Program-made: the position numbers and the translations under genes | Assembly: GCA_050287085.1 (NCBI GenBank) | Contig: JBNKBE010000010.1 | Location: 32,001 to 96,000 of the forward strand | DNA from: Polyangiaceae bacterium | Lineage (GTDB): Bacteria; Myxococcota_A; Polyangia; Polyangiales; Polyangiaceae | Direction: 5' to 3' | Length of the DNA stretch: 64,000 nucleotides | Notes under the pieces: model-generated | Databases searched by the model: none | What the model was told of the DNA's origin: nothing | Seen by the model: the letters and a program-made list of their open reading frames with translations, nothing else | In this document: piece after piece, positions 59,116 through 64,000 of the stretch | Position numbering within the stretch: position 1 is the first letter of the stretch | How the letters are laid out: every line of letters starts with the position of its first letter

Positions 59116-60177
59116 ATGAAGACGCTAATTCTGGCCGCAGGCCGTTTCGACGACACCTATCGGGGGGATATTGCGGCGGACCGTGAGCCCCGTCTCGACA
59201 TGTTCGAGCTCGCTTCGGTCCTGAACGCCGATCTCGTGGATTTCACAACGGTGGAACGGGAGTTTCCTCTGGTGGCTCGCGCTCAGGGGGTCATGGCGCG
59301 ATCCTTGGGGGCAGCTCTGGCCGGGTATCGGCGGCGCAACCGCTACGACGCGATTCTCACCAGCGGTGAGGATATTGGGTTGCCGCTCGCGGCCTTGCTC
59401 CGCACCTCGCGAGCGCGCTGCAGCCACACGATGATCGCCCATACCCTTCACCCCCGCAAGAAGAGGGTCTTCTTTCGTCCACCGCTCAGTGTGCAGGGGC
59501 GGCTAGACCGTGTGCTAGTCCACGCCACGAGCGAGGAACGCTTGTTGCGAGAAGAGCTCGCTTTTCCGTCGGAGCGGGTCCTTCGCATGCCCTATCAGGC
59601 TGATACCCGGTTTTTTGCGCCGCAGGTGGGCGTGGAGCGGGAGCCCGACCTCATTTGCGCCGCCGGTCAGTTGCATCGGGACTACGATACGCTGATCGAG
59701 GCGGTTCGGGGACAGTCCCTGCGGCTCCAGATTGCAGCCGGAAGCCCTTGGATTCAGAAGCGATTGGATCCGACCCGGACCCTCCCGGACAACGTCACGT
59801 GGGGCAAATTGCGCCGCTTCGAGTTGCGTGCGTTGTACGCGCGCTCGTCGCTGGCGATCGTGCCGATTCAGCAGAATGAGTTTCAGACGGGAATCGCCAC
59901 GATCCTGGAGATGATGGCAATGGGAAAGTGTGTCATCGCGACGCGCACTCGCGGGCAGACGGACACCATTGTGGACGGCGAGACCGGCGTGTACGTGCCG
60001 CCGGCGGATCCGGACGCGCTGCGCGCGGCGATTCAGCGCTTGCTCGCCGAGCCGGCCGAGGCGGCGCGCATGGGCAATGCCGCCCGCGAATACGTGCTCC
60101 GCGAGGCAAGTCTCGACCGCTTTGTAGAGCGCGTGAGCGGCGCGATTGACGCAGCTACGCAGGAGCGCCAAAGCTGA
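59116..60177 (+). CDS. GT4 family glycosyltransferase
   Basis: D..FF.P, AG..HRDY.TL, G...ILE.MAMGK.VI.T, GETG..VPP.D. Confidence 0.88.
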   Translation: MKTLILAAGRFDDTYRGDIAADREPRLDMFELASVLNADLVDFTTVEREFPLVARAQGVMARSLGAALAGYRRRNRYDAILTSGEDIGLPLAALLRTSRARCSHTMIAHTLHPRKKRVFFRPPLSVQGRLDRVLVHATSEERLLREELAFPSERVLRMPYQADTRFFAPQVGVEREPDLICAAGQLHRDYDTLIEAVRGQSLRLQIAAGSPWIQKRLDPTRTLPDNVTWGKLRRFELRALYARSSLAIVPIQQNEFQTGIATILEMMAMGKCVIATRTRGQTDTIVDGETGVYVPPADPDALRAAIQRLLAEPAEAARMGNAAREYVLREASLDRFVERVSGAIDAATQERQS

Positions 60178-60214
60178 GTTGGCTCCCTCGCGCGCCGCTT
60201 GGCTGTTGGCGTCC

Positions 60215-60328
60215 GAGCGAAGCGCTGACTGCAGAGCGGAGCGCTGGCTACAGAGCGGAGCGCTGGCTACAGAGCGAAGCGCTGACTGCAGAGCGAAGCG
60301 CTGGCTATAGCGCGAAGCGCTGATTGCC
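60215..60328. repeat. intergenic tandem repeat, 19 bp x 6 (GAGCGRAGCGCTGRCTRCA)
   Basis: Units start at 60215, 60234, 60253, 60272, 60291 and 60310, between convergent genes. Confidence 0.95.
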
Positions 60329-60348
60329 TGTCAGGATGCCTTGGCCCT

Positions 60349-61500
60349 TCATTCGAGCGCCGAGCGCAGCATAGCTTCGACCTCTTTTAGGGAGATGTTC
60401 AGCTTCTCCCCAAGGCGCACCCGTCGGGCTTTCTTGAGTCCTGCCACGACTATTGCCGCGTCGTCGGGGCGTAGTCCAAGCGATCGGATGTCGGTGGGCA
60501 CGCCAATCCGTTCGAAGAAGGCGCAAATGGAATCCAGAGCGGCGCGGGCAAGAACTGCTTCGGAGCCGGTGCTCACACCGAAGACGCGGGTTGCTAACTG
60601 CGCGAGCCGAGCCTCTTTGTCAGCCAGGCGGAGCTGGTAGACCAGGGGCAATACCAGCGCCAGCGAGCGTCCGTGGGGGACGCCCCAGTGGGAGGTCAAT
60701 TCGTGGCCGATGAAGTGCGTAGCCCAGTCCTCCGGTACTCCGCTTGCGAGCAGTCCGCCCTGCGCCAACGTGGCGGCCCACATGAAGTTTGCGCGCACGT
60801 CATAGCTGCTTTCCTCGGCGAGCAAAGGTTCCGCCAACTCAAGCAATGTCGAAAGAATCGCCTCGGAGAGGCGCTCTTGGAGCGGGGCACCCGCGTCCTG
60901 GGTGGCGTATTGTTCCAGGGTGTGAACGAAGGCATCAACCACGCAACTGGCCAGCTGGGCCCGTGGCACCGTGAGCAGAAAGCTGGGATCCAGCAGGGCA
61001 AATGCGGGGCGAATCGCCGGGTTGACGTAGACAAGCTTCACGTCGCGGTCGGCATCGGTGATCGCCGCGATGCCGTTTGCCTCTGCTCCCGTGCCGGCCA
61101 GCGTCACGACCACGCCCACCGGCACGGGATTGGCTACGCGCACCCCGCGGGCGAGAAGCACCGCGGGATCGACCTCAGCGCGCAACGCAGCCGCGGCGAA
61201 CTTGGTCGCGTCGATGACGGAACCTCCCCCCACCGCCAGGAGAAAATCCCGGTCTTGTGCTGCCTCAAGGATTGCGGCGACGTCGCTGAGGGTCGGATTG
61301 CTTCCGACGCCCCAATGCTCCTTGATGTCCCAGCGGGCCAACGCGCTGCGAACCTGCTCCGCGACGCCGTTGCTCTTGCTCGAGCCACCACCGAATACCA
61401 GCAGGACGCGCGCGCCTTCAGGCACGGCTTCAGGCAGCGAGCCCACCGCTCCTTCGGCGATGGTGATTCTCGTTGGCTGATCGTAGCTAAAAGCTCTCAT
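60349..61500 (-). CDS. iron-containing alcohol dehydrogenase (YqhD/BDH-like)
   Basis: GGGS, NPT, VGGGSVID.TK, D.F.H..EQY, DWATH.IGHELT, HG.SLA. Confidence 0.92.
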   Translation of the reverse strand: MRAFSYDQPTRITIAEGAVGSLPEAVPEGARVLLVFGGGSSKSNGVAEQVRSALARWDIKEHWGVGSNPTLSDVAAILEAAQDRDFLLAVGGGSVIDATKFAAAALRAEVDPAVLLARGVRVANPVPVGVVVTLAGTGAEANGIAAITDADRDVKLVYVNPAIRPAFALLDPSFLLTVPRAQLASCVVDAFVHTLEQYATQDAGAPLQERLSEAILSTLLELAEPLLAEESSYDVRANFMWAATLAQGGLLASGVPEDWATHFIGHELTSHWGVPHGRSLALVLPLVYQLRLADKEARLAQLATRVFGVSTGSEAVLARAALDSICAFFERIGVPTDIRSLGLRPDDAAIVVAGLKKARRVRLGEKLNISLKEVEAMLRSALE

Positions 61501-62381
61501 GGCACGTTTCCTTGGGTGTCCTTACCCCACAGCCATGCGTGGGCCGTGCTCAGTGCGGCATCATGACTCAATAGCGCCTCATGTCCTAGGCCTTGGAACT
61601 CGACGTAGTGCGCGTCGGCCAGTTGCCGCGCGGCGGCCTGGCCTTGTGTCGTTCCTTGAAAGGCTTCGTCCTGTGTTCCTTGTAGCACCAGTGAACGGCA
61701 GCGAACACGCGGTAGAAATCCGCTCATCTGCATGTCGTCGCCTGGATCCAGCCGCTCCCATGGGGAGGGCCGGACCATGACCAGGTCGTAGGCGGGTGCA
61801 AATAGCGTAAGTGAGCCTGGAGTCTCGTTTTCGTCGGACAGCGCTGCCGCTACGCTTGCGGCGTAGTACGCTCCAATGGAAAACCCGACCAGGTGTAACT
61901 GTCGGGGCGCGAGCGATTCGCGTGCGAGCAGGTCGCGCGCCGCCAGCAACGCGTCCTGCTCGATAGCAGCGCGTTCCGGCGTACCGTTCGAGCCCTCGTA
62001 GCCGCGGTAGGCTAGCGCGCACAAGTTGGCGCCGTGACCTGCGTCTATTCCTTCCAGGACCTGCATGCCGAGCTTGAATTGCCGTTGGTCGTTGCCCGGA
62101 AAGTACAATAGCCAGGGCGCGTCGGGCTGCTGGGAGCGCTTCAGGGCCGTGGGCAGCGGTATTCCGTCTTGGGCGCGGGTGGTACCCTGTGTCCATGCGT
62201 TGGCCACATTCGGCGAGGTCTCTTTGGGCGCGTCGGAGCCGTCCGAGCCATTGGTTGCATAGATGAAGCGAAACCGTTTGCGACCGAAGAAGCGCTCCCG
62301 AATACCACTGAGTTCAAACATACCGGCAACCGCCCCCAGGGTTAGTACCGTGCCTTGGATAACGCGCCTCCGCGCCAACAT
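61497..62381 (-). CDS. alpha/beta hydrolase with N-terminal export/anchor segment
   Basis: LYFPGN, YRGY..S.G.P, GFSIG nucleophile, QGTQD, GLGH. Confidence 0.8.
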   Translation of the reverse strand: MLARRRVIQGTVLTLGAVAGMFELSGIRERFFGRKRFRFIYATNGSDGSDAPKETSPNVANAWTQGTTRAQDGIPLPTALKRSQQPDAPWLLYFPGNDQRQFKLGMQVLEGIDAGHGANLCALAYRGYEGSNGTPERAAIEQDALLAARDLLARESLAPRQLHLVGFSIGAYYAASVAAALSDENETPGSLTLFAPAYDLVMVRPSPWERLDPGDDMQMSGFLPRVRCRSLVLQGTQDEAFQGTTQGQAAARQLADAHYVEFQGLGHEALLSHDAALSTAHAWLWGKDTQGNVP

Positions 62382-62383
62382 TC

Positions 62384-62938
62384 TCAATTCTCTTTCTTTA
62401 CGATCACCGCCGGATTGCCTCGAGCGATCTGCCCAGCGGGGACGTCTTTGTTTAGCACCGCACCGGGCTCTACTAGCGCGCCGTCGCCAATGTTGACGCC
62501 GGGTAGAATGATGGCCCGTGCGCCCACCACAACGTCATTTCCGAGCACAACCTTGCCGAACTCCAGGGGCCCGGCACGGCGCTGCTTGGGCCCCAATTGA
62601 TGCGAGCTCGTCAAGATCATCGCACCTGGTCCTATCTCTACTCGATCCCCCAGTTCGATTGTTTCCTGCAGGTCCAGTACAATGTCAAAGCCAAGCACAC
62701 AGTCCGAGCCGGTACTTAGGCGGGCGCAGGGACGGCCCTTTCCGGTGAGTCTCGGCAGCCCATACACTAGCGTATTGGGACCCAGCCGGCAGCCCACGCG
62801 CTTCATTAGACCGGCCAACTGCGCCGGTGTAAGGGTTGGAAGCAGTCGATAAGACAGCCGCAGTACGGAGAGGTCCGGGGTGAAGCCCGTGACCTCTTCC
62901 GATAACACTTGGGCAATTTTCGTGAAAGCCGTGTTCAT
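62384..62938 (-). CDS. hexapeptide-repeat (LbH) O-acyltransferase
   Basis: I..G..ILT.SH, LGNDVVVGARAIILPGVNIGDGA, GNPA. Confidence 0.88.
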   Translation of the reverse strand: MNTAFTKIAQVLSEEVTGFTPDLSVLRLSYRLLPTLTPAQLAGLMKRVGCRLGPNTLVYGLPRLTGKGRPCARLSTGSDCVLGFDIVLDLQETIELGDRVEIGPGAMILTSSHQLGPKQRRAGPLEFGKVVLGNDVVVGARAIILPGVNIGDGALVEPGAVLNKDVPAGQIARGNPAVIVKKEN

Positions 62939-64000
62939 CCGTCTTGATTTCTTCTGAGCTTCTTAAAGCGAACACCGAACTGATCGCCGTCGGCAATTTC
63001 CACTAGCCTGGGAACTTGGAAGGGAGCTAGGCGTTCACGGCAGAAGGCGTGCATGCGCTTCTTGAGCGTACTCAGGTCTTCTGGTTCCGAGAGGGTGAAG
63101 CGTGCTGCCACCATCTGTCCAGTCATTGGATTGGCCTTGCCGAATACCGCTACGTCGATGACGTTTGGCATCTCCAACAAATGGCTTTCGACCTCGTTTG
63201 GATACACCTTCTGTCCGCCGACGTTGATGAGCTCTGACTTCCGCCCCAGGATCCGAAGATACGTCCCGTCCACCTCGACGGCATCCTGTGTGTTAAGCCA
63301 TCCCTCCTCGTCAAACAAGTCGGGGGCGTTCAGATAGCCCAGCATGGCTCCGTCCGCTTTGACCCAAAGCACCCCTTCGCGCACCTGGACGCGGTAGCCT
63401 TCTTCGCTGAATTGAATCCAGGGGGAATTGGAACTCTTCGACCTCGAGCGCAACACCCCGAGTTCGCTCATTCCGTAGGTCTGCACCAATGAGACGTCGG
63501 GGAACGCTTCGTGGAGACGTTGCAACGTGCCTTCGGGCATCGGCTCAGTGCCGTAGGCGATGACCTTCAACGAGCTGAGGTTGTGGTGCTCTGCTACTCC
63601 CGCAATCAGAAATAGGTTGAGGAAGGTGGGTGAAGTCGGCAGCGTATGCACTTGGTGTTTGGCGATGGCGCGGGCCACACATTCCGGCTCCCTCCGCTCG
63701 ACAGTGACCAATTTGCCCCCGCTGCTCAACGTATTGAGCAATGTATCGATGCCCCCGATATGGTCGAAGAGCAGAAAGCATAGGGTGGTCTTTCTGCGCT
63801 TCGCTTCCCGAAACTTCTCTAGAATCCGACTGACATCATGCAGGATGGCCTTGGGTTTGCCGGAGGAACCGGACGAGAAGATGAGCAGACCTGGTTGTTT
63901 CCGCTCGCGCAGCTTTGCCAGGAGCGGATTCTCATCCGGCGCTAGTTCGCGTCGAGTGAACGAGACCTCCCCTACGTCGCTTACCTCGATCAGCAGCGTT
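62935..64000 (-). CDS. ANL-superfamily adenylate-forming acyl ligase, 5' truncated by window edge
   Basis: Frame open to 63999; FSSGSSGKPK (A3), FLLFDHIGG, QTYGMSE, T.D, GR..E.INVGGQKVYP.EVE, terminal KK. Confidence 0.9.
   Translation of the reverse strand, partial: TLLIEVSDVGEVSFTRRELAPDENPLLAKLRERKQPGLLIFSSGSSGKPKAILHDVSRILEKFREAKRRKTTLCFLLFDHIGGIDTLLNTLSSGGKLVTVERREPECVARAIAKHQVHTLPTSPTFLNLFLIAGVAEHHNLSSLKVIAYGTEPMPEGTLQRLHEAFPDVSLVQTYGMSELGVLRSRSKSSNSPWIQFSEEGYRVQVREGVLWVKADGAMLGYLNAPDLFDEEGWLNTQDAVEVDGTYLRILGRKSELINVGGQKVYPNEVESHLLEMPNVIDVAVFGKANPMTGQMVAARFTLSEPEDLSTLKKRMHAFCRERLAPFQVPRLVEIADGDQFGVRFKKLRRNQDG

Noticed and set aside
60215..60328. CRISPR array
   Set aside because: Repeats are directly adjacent with no unique spacers, and no cas genes are present.
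60673..61566. 297-aa plus-strand ORF
   Set aside because: Antisense shadow of the Fe-ADH gene.
1..64000. tRNA, rRNA, transposase, integrase or prophage genes
   Set aside because: None recognised by eye in the ORFs or intergenic regions; tRNAscan and Infernal were not run.

Overview
GC-rich, gene-dense bacterial DNA. The gene content points to a myxobacterium (Myxococcota, probably Polyangiales/Sorangiineae): DUF1592/DUF1552 pairs, Cys-rich vWA lipoproteins, DUF4388 plus roadblock proteins, and a short OPX plus beta-barrel exporter. This is an inference from content only. About 45 CDSs are supported; no rRNA, tRNA, CRISPR array or transposase was seen. Blocks in order: (1) first DUF1592/DUF1552 pair; (2) rmlACBD dTDP-L-rhamnose operon; (3) a giant membrane P-loop ATPase translationally coupled to mscS; (4) an amt (one-base frameshift) - DUF4388 - roadblock operon with no glnK; (5) secreted lipoproteins (two vWA, esterase, mutarotase, carboxypeptidase-regulatory-like) and a second DUF1592/DUF1552 pair; (6) glycan-tailoring genes (sulfotransferase-like, GT2-GtrA, GT-C, LbH-FkbH and LbH-ACP fusions); (7) three secreted putative glycan-binding proteins divergent from a third DUF1592/DUF1552 pair plus a carnosine-N-methyltransferase-like gene; (8) a Wzx/Wzy exopolysaccharide locus with short OPX, beta-barrel, kinase-less PCP, BY-pseudokinase, GH9, GMC/AKR and an acyl-activating operon that runs off the window. 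The best candidates for an undescribed system are the thrice-repeated heme-c lipoprotein/Tat His-protein module, the FkbH/ACP/LbH glycan-acylation fusions, the ATPase-MscS pair and the Amt-DUF4388-roadblock operon. All family calls are motif recognition by eye; no searches were run.
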